This document shows, in pieces, positions 38,718 to 46,861 of a stretch of DNA of 55,518 nt. Within the stretch, counting starts at the first letter, position 1; each line of letters begins with the position of its first letter. The notes beneath the pieces are model-generated. The model saw only the letters and a program-made list of their open reading frames with translations. It had not been told where the DNA came from and made no database searches. A program made the translations under genes and the position numbers. Location: contig OY969116.1 of NCBI GenBank assembly GCA_963698075.1, positions 255,492 through 311,009 of the forward strand, written 5' to 3'. The stretch comes from an uncultured Candidatus Berkelbacteria bacterium. GTDB lineage: Bacteria; Patescibacteriota; UBA1384; UBA12157; JAENIV01.

Positions 38718-40484
38718 CTACCAACCTCCGCCACCCCCTCCGCCGCCACCCCCTCCAGAAAATCCGCCGCCACCAGCCCCTGAGGAGGAGGGTGACGATG
38801 AGATCGTTGAGGACATATTACTCGATAAACTCGAGATTGCCGTATTAAAGCTATCAACATTAAAAGAGGCCAAGGCTACACCCGTAAACCAAACCGGATG
38901 GTAAGTTGTAAAATAGTCTTCACCATAAATTATTTTCATTTTATTAATCCACTCTTTCGTTATCCCGAAGACCATTGCATAAGGTAAAAATTTTTCAAAA
39001 ATGTTCTCCTTTTCGTTAAATCTCTGACGATATTTTTCAGCTGTATTCATATAAAGTTTGAAGCCCTCAATCCTCCGAAAAAGTTCGGCTTCTTCTTTAG
39101 TTCTTTGGCGCATCAGTAAACCAAAAACAATCAAGAGGCCTGCCGTCAAAAAACAACTGACGATGGTATAAAATTTGTGAGCTTCGACTAAAATAAAAAA
39201 TAAAATAATCGCAATTGTAATATAAAACTTAAAGAATTTCCGACTGCGCGGTTGAAGCCATTTTTTAGACTTAAGATCATCACGAATAAAATCACGAAGG
39301 TCCGGAATTTCTCTATAAAACTTATTTTTAAGATTGGAAATTTTCTTTTGATCACTGCTACCAAAAATTTTTTCCATTAAAAGTTTTTCCGATCCGGTCA
39401 AATCATTTTGGTTTTTACTAGTAATTGTTAATTGATAATCATCTTTCGATCCTAGAAAACCTTTGGTTTGAATTTTTTCAATCTTAATTTTACCTTTGAC
39501 GGCCAGATTAATAATGGCTGCGGAAATGTAACTTCCGCTTAACTCGCCATCAGAAATAATCATTCCCATTTCCATTGGCTGAAGTTTTTCGGGAATTTCA
39601 AATTCGGGAACAATTGTTTTGTTTATTTTCGGATCGCGGCCATACAAAACCCATAAGACAAAACTGATCAGCAAAACTAGACCGGGTAGTAAAAACCAAT
39701 ACGGACTGCCGAAATCATCTTTCGAATTGCCGGTAGAGCTAGAACCACCTTGATAATATTGCTGATCAGCGGTGGTCAATTGATAAGGGCTGATAATATT
39801 TTTGGGGAAAGTGACTGAGGCGGTTATTCCTTCCTTCGTTTTCAGTGTCCCAGTTGAAGTAAATTCAAGAATATTATTAGTCGACCAAGCGTAATTGGCG
39901 AGTGTTTTATCTTTTGAACCAAACTGGCCGGTATAATAATCAACAGTTGAATTGGTTTTGGTAATTTCGGTGGGAAGGGTAATCTGAGACTTAAAATTGT
40001 CAATTTCAATGTCCCAAAAATTGCCATTTAGATTCCAGTAGAACTCATCAAATTGGGCATTATCAAAGCGGAGGGTATTCTTGACTTGATATTTAATCTG
40101 ATAATAATTAACACCTTTAACGGTTTTGTTGGGATCGCCAATTTCCCAGGTGATAGTGTAATTATTATTATCTTTTATTTCCTGATATTTGATAGATTTA
40201 CCATTAAAGTCCGTAATACTTTCAAGATAAATTGGGGTCAAGACCGCTTCGGTTGAAGTCTTTTGGTAGCGGGTTGAAAGCACGCGAAAAATTCCGTGTT
40301 TCCCGCTCGCATTGCCGCAGTCAGCAGTTATTTTCTCCGTAATCGAAAGCGACGAATCATAATTTACGACAATTTCTTGCTGAAAATCCCTAACATACCA
40401 ATAATTAACATTTTCCCGGGCCAAACATCGCCAAGGAATTATTAAAATGACTAAAATCAATAATAAAGATCTAAAAATCTTCAT
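38718..40484 (-). CDS. DUF2207 domain-containing membrane protein
   Basis: 588 aa. N-terminal signal, extracellular domain and TM cluster, plus the characteristic Gly-rich C-terminus SSGAGGGGFSGGGGGGGGGGGW. Confidence 0.85.
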   Translation of the reverse strand: MKIFRSLLLILVILIIPWRCLARENVNYWYVRDFQQEIVVNYDSSLSITEKITADCGNASGKHGIFRVLSTRYQKTSTEAVLTPIYLESITDFNGKSIKYQEIKDNNNYTITWEIGDPNKTVKGVNYYQIKYQVKNTLRFDNAQFDEFYWNLNGNFWDIEIDNFKSQITLPTEITKTNSTVDYYTGQFGSKDKTLANYAWSTNNILEFTSTGTLKTKEGITASVTFPKNIISPYQLTTADQQYYQGGSSSTGNSKDDFGSPYWFLLPGLVLLISFVLWVLYGRDPKINKTIVPEFEIPEKLQPMEMGMIISDGELSGSYISAAIINLAVKGKIKIEKIQTKGFLGSKDDYQLTITSKNQNDLTGSEKLLMEKIFGSSDQKKISNLKNKFYREIPDLRDFIRDDLKSKKWLQPRSRKFFKFYITIAIILFFILVEAHKFYTIVSCFLTAGLLIVFGLLMRQRTKEEAELFRRIEGFKLYMNTAEKYRQRFNEKENIFEKFLPYAMVFGITKEWINKMKIIYGEDYFTTYHPVWFTGVALASFNVDSFNTAISSLSSNMSSTISSSPSSSGAGGGGFSGGGGGGGGGGGW

Positions 40485-40485
40485 T

Positions 40486-40875
40486 CTACTTTAGATAATT
40501 TTTTATTCGCTCGGCAAGTTTAGACGGCGTGATGCTTTCTTTGAGCACATACTCTTTGGCCCCTAATTCAATCGCCTCGGCGATTTTCTCGTCATGGGCA
40601 TAATTTGTCAAAATAATCACTGGCATGGTTAACAATCCTTCTTCTTTCATCTTCTTGAGCATCCCCAGTCCATCCATTTCCGGCATTCTAATATCAACCA
40701 GCGCCAAATCGGGTCTTTCGTGTTCGATTAAATCTAAACCCTCCTTGCCGTTATTCGCGGTCAAAACTTCAAATTCTTTGGCCAATCCCCGCGAATAGAG
40801 ATCCAAAATCATTTGCTCATCGTCAATGAGAACAATTTTACGTCCGCCAGAGGCGGATTTCGCGTCGCTCAACAT
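40486..40875 (-). CDS. response regulator, receiver domain only (CheY-like)
   Basis: KIVLIDDE ... DLALVDIRMPEMDG ... VIILTN ... GAKEYVLK. Confidence 0.9.
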   Translation of the reverse strand: MLSDAKSASGGRKIVLIDDEQMILDLYSRGLAKEFEVLTANNGKEGLDLIEHERPDLALVDIRMPEMDGLGMLKKMKEEGLLTMPVIILTNYAHDEKIAEAIELGAKEYVLKESITPSKLAERIKNYLK

Positions 40876-40947
40876 TTTTGCCTCCTTAATTTAATTATAC
40901 TCTTGAGTTTCTGGGTTGTCCATTCTAGAATCAAGTTAGGAGGAAAT

Positions 40948-41763
40948 ATGAGCGTAGAGCATGCAATGCGACCGATTTGGTCTGGTACTATCAGTTTTGT
41001 ACTCGTTAATATCCCCGTGCGGCTATATACCGCCACTGAGGAGCGGTCAATTAATTTTAATCTATTACACAAAGATGATCTCTCCCGCATCCGTTATTCG
41101 CGGATTTGTGAGGTAGAAAACAAAGAAGTTCCTTATGAGGAATTAGTCCGAGGGTATGAATATCAAAAGGGCGAATACGTCGTCATTGACGACGAGGATT
41201 TGGCCAAAGCCGATCCCAAACGCTCCAAATCAATCGAAATTGTTGATTTTGTCAACGCTAGCGATATCGATACAATTTATTATGCTCATCCTTATTATCT
41301 TGAGCCGGAAGAAGGGGCGGAAAAAGCTTACGGATTACTCAGAGGAGCTTTGGTTAAATCCGATAAAGTCGCGGTCGCCAAATTCGTCTTAAAGGACAAA
41401 GAACATCTGGCAGTTCTGCGGCCGGATGCCAATATTATTGTTCTTCAGCAACTCCGTTTTGACCATGAAGTTCGAAAACCGGAGGGCCTAAAATTGCCGA
41501 AGACGAGCGAAGCAAAGTCCGCCGAAGCTTCAGCGAAGGCGGAAAAAGAACTTCAGCTGGCTTTGTCTTTAATCGAAAAACTCACCGGCAAATTTGATCC
41601 TAAAGCATTCAAAGATGACTATTATGACACTTTAATGAAAATCATTGAAACCAAAGCTAAAGGCAAATTAATTAAGCCTTTGTCCGCCGAACCAACCCCC
41701 ACCGAATTTGCCGATTTAATGGCCAAGTTGAAAGAAAGTTTGGAGAAAGAACCTACTAAATAA
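40948..41763 (+). CDS. ku: Ku protein (NHEJ)
   Basis: Start at the ATG at 40948 after SD aggagg. IWSGTISFVLVNIPVRLYTAT and a Lys-rich C-terminal tail. Confidence 0.92.
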   Translation: MSVEHAMRPIWSGTISFVLVNIPVRLYTATEERSINFNLLHKDDLSRIRYSRICEVENKEVPYEELVRGYEYQKGEYVVIDDEDLAKADPKRSKSIEIVDFVNASDIDTIYYAHPYYLEPEEGAEKAYGLLRGALVKSDKVAVAKFVLKDKEHLAVLRPDANIIVLQQLRFDHEVRKPEGLKLPKTSEAKSAEASAKAEKELQLALSLIEKLTGKFDPKAFKDDYYDTLMKIIETKAKGKLIKPLSAEPTPTEFADLMAKLKESLEKEPTK

Positions 41764-41767
41764 CTAG

Positions 41768-41918
41768 GAAGCGAAGCCAAATGCCCTCAAAAGTGGCTAT
41801 CGCAGGCCAAAAAGCATGGCTCCGAGGTAGTCCGAGGATTTTTGGCCGAGATCGCAGGCACCGATTGCGCGCTGGAGCAATCGTAGTGCCGGCATCTTTT
41901 GACGGGTGTTGGCGAGCG
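41768..41918 (+). repeat. ~150-nt GC-rich structured repeat, copy B
   Basis: Same orientation and architecture as 24274..24423. It occupies the Ku-LigD intergenic spacer. Confidence 0.85.
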
Positions 41919-41942
41919 ACATCTCCGAGTTGAAACATTATA

Positions 41943-43436
41943 ATGCTCAAACAGTATCAATCAAAACGAAAATTCGCCCAAACGCCAGAACCCCGCGGCG
42001 CCGCCCCAGAGGGGGCTCTGCCCCGGCGGGGTAAAATATTGAAATCCGTTACTAAGCATGCTAAGGCTGTTTTTGTCGTCCAAAAACATCAGGCGCGCAA
42101 TTTACATTACGATCTTCGTCTCGAAATGGATGGTGTCTTAAAATCTTGGGCGGTACCCAAAGGCCCAAGTATGAATCCGGCTGACAAACGTTTAGCGATG
42201 ATGGTCGAAGATCATCCGCTTGAGTATAAAGATTTCGAAGGCATGATCCCCGAAGGCCAGTACGGCGCGGGGAAAGTGGAAATTTGGGATAAAGGCACAG
42301 TTGAATTTATCAATCGTGATCTTTCGCATGCTATTTCCGGCGGGCATCTCACTTTTGTTTTAAATGGCAAAAAATTAAATGGCGAATTTGCCTTGGTCAA
42401 AATTAAAAGGCCTCGGACCAAAGGCGGCGAACCCTGGCTTTTAATTAAAGCCCACAATAAATCACCTAACAACCCAAAGACCACCTACGCGGTGGTCTCT
42501 AACAGGTTAAAAATACCACATCACATCAAACCGATGCTCGCCACTTTGGTCGACGAACCGTTTGATAAAAAAGACTGGATTTTTGAAATCAAATGGGATG
42601 GCTATCGGGCAATTGCTGAGATCGATAAAGAAATTAAACTCTACTCGCGCTATGGCAATCTTTTTAACGACAAATATCCGGCAATTGTTGAGGGTTTAAA
42701 AAAGGTGGGTCATCGGGCGGTTCTGGATGGGGAGATCGTGGCCTTAGATACTGAGGGACGTTCGCAGTTCCAACTATTACAAGACTATCAAAAAAGTCAT
42801 CACGGAAATCTCATCTATTACGTATTTGATATTCTGTGGCTTGACGGCAAGGATTTAAGAAAACTGCCGCTCATTGAACGCAAAAAGATCTTAAAAGATT
42901 CTCTACCGGAAATTGCCAATATTAAATACAGCGACCACGTCGAAGAAAACGGCAAAGAGTTTTTTGAGGCCGCGACTAAAAAAGGGCTGGAAGGTATCAT
43001 CGCCAAAGATGGTACGAGTCTGTATGTCGAAAGTCGCGCCAAAGCTTGGCAAAAAATTAAAAACATCAATGAGCAGGAAGTGGTCATTGCCGGCTTTACC
43101 GAGCCGCGCGAATCCCGAAAATATTTCGGAGCTTTGGTTTTGGGTGTTTATGAACGCGGGAAGTTAATTTATGTCGGCCATTCCGGCAGCGGTTTTAATG
43201 AAGCGTCTTTAAAAGAAATCTATGGCAAAATGAAACCGCTTATTATCGAAAAAAGTCCATTCGATATTGAGCCGAAAACTAACGAGCCGGCAACATGGAT
43301 TAAGCCAAAACTTGTCGGCCAAGTTAAATTCGCCGGATGGACCCGCGACGGCCTCATGCGCCAACCGATATTTTTGGGCCTACGCGATGATAAAGAGGCG
43401 AAGGAAGTTAAAAGAGAAGGATATCATGACCGATAA
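41943..43436 (+). CDS. ligD: ATP-dependent DNA ligase LigD, phosphoesterase + ligase domains
   Basis: PE domain FVVQKHQARNLHYDLRLE..SWAVPKGPS. Ligase domain KPMLATL and FEIKWDGYR (KxDG adenylation). Confidence 0.9.
   Translation: MLKQYQSKRKFAQTPEPRGAAPEGALPRRGKILKSVTKHAKAVFVVQKHQARNLHYDLRLEMDGVLKSWAVPKGPSMNPADKRLAMMVEDHPLEYKDFEGMIPEGQYGAGKVEIWDKGTVEFINRDLSHAISGGHLTFVLNGKKLNGEFALVKIKRPRTKGGEPWLLIKAHNKSPNNPKTTYAVVSNRLKIPHHIKPMLATLVDEPFDKKDWIFEIKWDGYRAIAEIDKEIKLYSRYGNLFNDKYPAIVEGLKKVGHRAVLDGEIVALDTEGRSQFQLLQDYQKSHHGNLIYYVFDILWLDGKDLRKLPLIERKKILKDSLPEIANIKYSDHVEENGKEFFEAATKKGLEGIIAKDGTSLYVESRAKAWQKIKNINEQEVVIAGFTEPRESRKYFGALVLGVYERGKLIYVGHSGSGFNEASLKEIYGKMKPLIIEKSPFDIEPKTNEPATWIKPKLVGQVKFAGWTRDGLMRQPIFLGLRDDKEAKEVKREGYHDR
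41991..42031 (+). repeat. GC-rich palindromic in-frame element (copy 1)
   Basis: ccccgcggcgccgccccagagggggctctgccccggcgggg, encoding PRGAAPEGALPRRG. Its reverse complement aligns with 43958..43992. Confidence 0.7.
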
Positions 43437-44352
43437 AATTGTCATCATTGACGGGAAAAAATTGAAGCTGACGAATTTAGAGAAAGGATTATTTCCCAAT
43501 ATTACTAAACTTGATTTGATTAATTATTTCGATGAAATGGCCGAATATATTTTGCCGTATTTAAAAGATCGGGCACTTTCAATGCACCGGTTTCCTGATG
43601 GAATTAGTGGCGAGGGATTTTTCCAAAAAAATGTCGAGGATTTGGCGCCTGACTGGGCGACAACAAAAAAGATCAAGGATGAGGAAGGTAAAACCATCGA
43701 ATATTTAGTTTGCAACGATAAAGCCACGCTAATCTATCTTGCCAATCTTGCCTGCATCGAACTCCATCCCTGGCTTTCAAAAATTGAGGATTTAAAACAT
43801 CCGGATTTTTTGGTTTTGGATTTGGATCCCGAGGATGTACCCTTTTCGAAAGTTGTTGAGGTCGCCCTGGCCGCCAAGAAGGTTTTGGATAAACTTGATA
43901 TTACGGCTTATATCAAAACCTCCGGCGCCCGCGGCCTGCATATTTTTATCAATGTCGGAGCCCGCCGGGCAGAGCCCTCTGGGGCGGAGCCCAAATACAC
44001 CTACGATCAAGTCAAAGATTTTGCGGAAATTTTAGCCCGTTTAATCAACAAAGAAATCCCCGAAATCACCTCGCTCGAACGTCTGCCCGAAAAACGAAAA
44101 CACAAAGTTTATATTGACTGGCTCCAAAACGCCGAAGCGCAGACTGTCGTTGCCCCTTACTCCCCCCGCCCCACCAAAGAAGCGTCGGTTTCCGCACCCC
44201 TGGGGTGGGATGAGATAGGTTCAAAAATTAAACCTTCAGATTTTACTATCCATAATATCCAAACCCGCCTCAAATCCAAAGGCGATATTTTCAAAAAACT
44301 CCTCGACGAAAAAGCAATTGACATTAAAAAAATAGTCGAGAGAGTTAAATGA
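43426..44352 (+). CDS. LigD polymerase/primase domain protein (separate ORF)
   Basis: Start at the ATG at 43426, overlapping the ligase stop by 11 nt. HPWLS, LVLDLDP, IKTSGARGLHIF. Confidence 0.88.
   Translation: MTDKIVIIDGKKLKLTNLEKGLFPNITKLDLINYFDEMAEYILPYLKDRALSMHRFPDGISGEGFFQKNVEDLAPDWATTKKIKDEEGKTIEYLVCNDKATLIYLANLACIELHPWLSKIEDLKHPDFLVLDLDPEDVPFSKVVEVALAAKKVLDKLDITAYIKTSGARGLHIFINVGARRAEPSGAEPKYTYDQVKDFAEILARLINKEIPEITSLERLPEKRKHKVYIDWLQNAEAQTVVAPYSPRPTKEASVSAPLGWDEIGSKIKPSDFTIHNIQTRLKSKGDIFKKLLDEKAIDIKKIVERVK
43958..43992 (+). repeat. GC-rich palindromic in-frame element (copy 2)
   Basis: gagcccgccgggcagagccctctggggcggagccc, encoding ARRAEPSGAEP inside the polymerase domain. Confidence 0.7.
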
Positions 44353-44990
44353 AAAAAATTATTTTTACTATTATAGTTCTTTTCGCCATCGGCTTAGTTG
44401 CCTACTATTTTTTTTATTTTAGAAATAAACAATCATCAACAATAACATCAGCAACTTCGCCATCCCTCACAACTTCATCCAGCCCGACTATCTCGCTTCA
44501 ATCTCAACTGGCCGAGCCGGTCAAAGATTTTAAAGCGCGAGTGACCAAAAAACCGTTTGGAATTTATGTGACGCCGCAGGATTCGCCAATCCAGCCGGAA
44601 AGGTTCACCGGTTATCACACCGGCGCTGACGCCGAGTACGGCGATGTTACGGCTGATGTTCCAATTTTCGCGGTTGCTGATGGTACAATCACCCACTCTC
44701 AATGGACCTCCGGCTACGGCGGCTGTTTTATCTTAAAAGTGGAAATTAATGGCTCACCCCATTCGTCTCTCTACGGCCACATTCGACCTTCAACCCTACC
44801 GAGTCTCGGCCAACAATTTAAAAAAGGCGACCAAATCGCTGTTTTGGGCACGGCTTATTCAACCGAAACCGATGGCGAACGCCGCCATTTACATTTAGGA
44901 ATTTTATCTGATGATAGAATCGATGTTAAAGGATATGTGAGTTCTCAATCCCAACTTTCCGGCTGGCTTGATCCGTTGAGTTTTTATTAA
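44349..44990 (+). CDS. M23 family peptidase (LytM-like), membrane anchored
   Basis: N-terminal TM segment. HTGADAEYG, YGHIRPS, RRHLHLGI. Confidence 0.85.
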   Translation: MKKIIFTIIVLFAIGLVAYYFFYFRNKQSSTITSATSPSLTTSSSPTISLQSQLAEPVKDFKARVTKKPFGIYVTPQDSPIQPERFTGYHTGADAEYGDVTADVPIFAVADGTITHSQWTSGYGGCFILKVEINGSPHSSLYGHIRPSTLPSLGQQFKKGDQIAVLGTAYSTETDGERRHLHLGILSDDRIDVKGYVSSQSQLSGWLDPLSFY

Positions 44991-45087
44991 TTTGATAATT
45001 TTATTTGAACTCTGTCAAAGAATTTGCTATTATTTATAGTCGCAACCGAGTTGCTCGCGACAATACCCCGGACAAGGAGCAAGGGCC

Positions 45088-45486
45088 TTGAAAACCTATC
45101 GCTTTTCCGGCCGAATCGCTGTCATCGGCTACGGCGCCGAAACACCCATTGGGACGCTTGGCCCAGGAGACGAAAGCTTCTGGAAGGCTCTACTTGCTTG
45201 CCAGACGGCAATCAAGCCCCTTTCCTTCAAACCAGCCGACTACGGGATTGAAGCTAAGGTTGCCTCAGAACACACTGATTTCGATTTCGGACCTTATGCC
45301 AAACAGATTACAGCCCTCACTGGACAAGCCATTACCGGCCCTATCCCAGCCTCCATTGATAAAGCCATCCAACTCGGCCTTGCTTCAACTCTCCTAGCTT
45401 GTCAAATGGCCGAAATTGACCTAACCCAACCTAACAGAATGATCGGCGTCAAGGGTGGTACTGGTCTCGGTGCGGGCGCGGAGTAG
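45088..45486 (+). pseudogene. N-terminal fragment (~130 aa) of beta-ketoacyl-ACP synthase (FabF/FabB-like)
   Basis: TTG start after SD aaggag. RIAVIGYGAETPIG, FWKALLACQTAIKPL, IGVKGGTGLG. It stops before the catalytic Cys region; full-length enzymes are ~410 aa. Confidence 0.7.
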
Positions 45487-45824
45487 AGGACGTTGCCACT
45501 CTTGTCCAGGATGAGCAGGTCCTCGTAGCCGAGCCTGTTCTTGCCGTCGGTGGCGAAGACGTAGTCGGCCTGGTCCCTCGCGGCGTATCTTGCGCCGTGG
45601 GCGATGAAGACCTCGGCCGCCGCGGTGGCGAGCCGATTGCTCGAGGCCAGATAGACCGTCTTGTCCGAGGCGAACCGGTCCATCTGTTTCATCAGGACCA
45701 CCAGCTCCGCGTCGGCCTTCTTGGAGGCCTCCTTGTTGTAGTTGCCGATCGCGATGCCGATCATCAGTCCGACCACCAAACCAACAACACACCCCAACGC
45801 TACCAGCGACACTGCTTTCCTCAT
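45402..45824 (-). CDS. hypothetical membrane-anchored protein (3' end runs antisense into the ketosynthase fragment)
   Basis: SD aaggag and TM anchor AVSLVALGCVVGLVVGLMIGIAIG. Very GC-rich. The last ~27 codons are antisense to the KAS fragment. Confidence 0.5.
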   Translation of the reverse strand: MRKAVSLVALGCVVGLVVGLMIGIAIGNYNKEASKKADAELVVLMKQMDRFASDKTVYLASSNRLATAAAEVFIAHGARYAARDQADYVFATDGKNRLGYEDLLILDKSGNVLYSAPAPRPVPPLTPIILLGWVRSISAI

Positions 45825-45941
45825 CGTCCGCTCCTTGTCGCGTTCTCCTCGCTTGAGGGAATCCTAGCTACCAATCTGTGATTGCCAACCAGGTTTCCAC
45901 CAAGGAAATCCTATCTCTACTATAAGGTTTAAAACTTTATT

Positions 45942-45970
45942 AGTATACCATAAAATATACCTGATGTCAA
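45942..45970 (-). promoter_or_regulatory. sigma70-type promoter with extended -10
   Basis: Minus strand reads TTGACA, 17 nt, TATACT, preceded by TGG. Confidence 0.55.
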
Positions 45971-46002
45971 GGGGAGGCAAAAGAGGAGTTCTTCGGCGCT
46001 TT

Positions 46003-46049
46003 CTTTTTTGATATGAAAATGCGCCAGCCGGGGAAACCCAGCTGGCGCA
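46003..46049 (-). terminator. rho-independent terminator of 46076 gene
   Basis: tgcgccagc / gctggcgca 9-bp stem. ttttcatatcaaaaaag follows on the minus strand. Confidence 0.7.
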
Positions 46050-46075
46050 CTCGTTCGCCGCGACTGCGGCTGTTG

Positions 46076-46474
46076 TCAATCAAGCGCTGTCCTCTCGAAT
46101 ACGTCTTCCTCTCCAGGACCCTTCAGATACATGGTCAACTCACCAGGTTCCATGGTGTAGGCGACGGATGCCTCAACCGACCTGCACTCGCTCAGCCATT
46201 GGTTGGCGAATGCAATCAGCACCGCGCAGATCGTCTCGCGGAGCTTGGCGAAGATCTCTGGCGTCCGCTCTGGGCGTCGGAAGATGCCGCGCACCTCCGC
46301 GACGAGAGCACCTCCTACCTTGCCCTGATCGCCGGGGACAAACACCAGCACCTCATCAGCTTCGATGATCAGCTCCTCCACCCTGGCCACGGCTTGTCGG
46401 AGACCAAGTTTGAGATCCTCGATCGGTTCATCTCCAACGTCTCTGGGAACTCCCGACACATTCAGTATCGGCAC
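46076..46474 (-). CDS. hypothetical protein, possibly tandem tautomerase-fold
   Basis: Preferred start is the GTG at 46474 after aaagga, giving MPILNVSGVP...; the track start is 46489. A beta-alpha-beta pattern occurs twice. The assignment is tentative. Confidence 0.5.
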   Translation of the reverse strand: MPILNVSGVPRDVGDEPIEDLKLGLRQAVARVEELIIEADEVLVFVPGDQGKVGGALVAEVRGIFRRPERTPEIFAKLRETICAVLIAFANQWLSECRSVEASVAYTMEPGELTMYLKGPGEEDVFERTALD

Positions 46475-46508
46475 GGCAGTCCTTTCCACATCAGAATAAC
46501 GGCCTTAA

Positions 46509-46537
46509 ATAATATCACAAAAACAAGCCCTCGTCAA
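46509..46537 (-). promoter_or_regulatory. sigma70-type promoter
   Basis: Minus strand reads TTGACG, 17 nt, TATTAT. Confidence 0.5.
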
Positions 46538-46641
46538 AGAATGTATCTGATGAGCACCGACACCTTGGAAGTGTAAGAGGGGAATATTTATCCACTTTCG
46601 TATTGACGCCCCACCCCTGGTGCGTTTGGAGAAATAAATCC

Positions 46642-46699
46642 CCACCACCGAACTTATACGATTTTTTATTAGTACTTTTTGTATTCTTTGGCGCTTTCT
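46642..46699 (+). repeat. direct repeat copy 1 (58 nt)
   Basis: ccaccaccgaacttatacgatttttta...attctttggcgctttct. The first 27 and last 17 nt are identical to the copy at 46778..46833. Confidence 0.85.
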
Positions 46700-46777
46700 T
46701 TGATATTACATCTAAATAATCCTCCAATATTCTGCAGAATGTCGGAGTGTTTTTCTAGAACATTTTACTATCGTGCT

Positions 46778-46833
46778 CCACCACCGAACTTATACGATTT
46801 TTTAGGTATATTTTAAATTCTTTGGCGCTTTCT
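46778..46833 (+). repeat. direct repeat copy 2 (56 nt)
   Basis: See copy 1. The period is 136 nt. Confidence 0.85.
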
Positions 46834-46861
46834 CAAGGGTTTCATTAAACTCTCCTATTAT

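Noticed and set aside
46515-46727. 70-aa minus-strand ORF spanning one copy of the 58-nt repeat.
   Set aside because: It has a TTG start with no clear SD, the second repeat copy contains stops in the same frame, and it runs across the promoter of the neighbouring gene.
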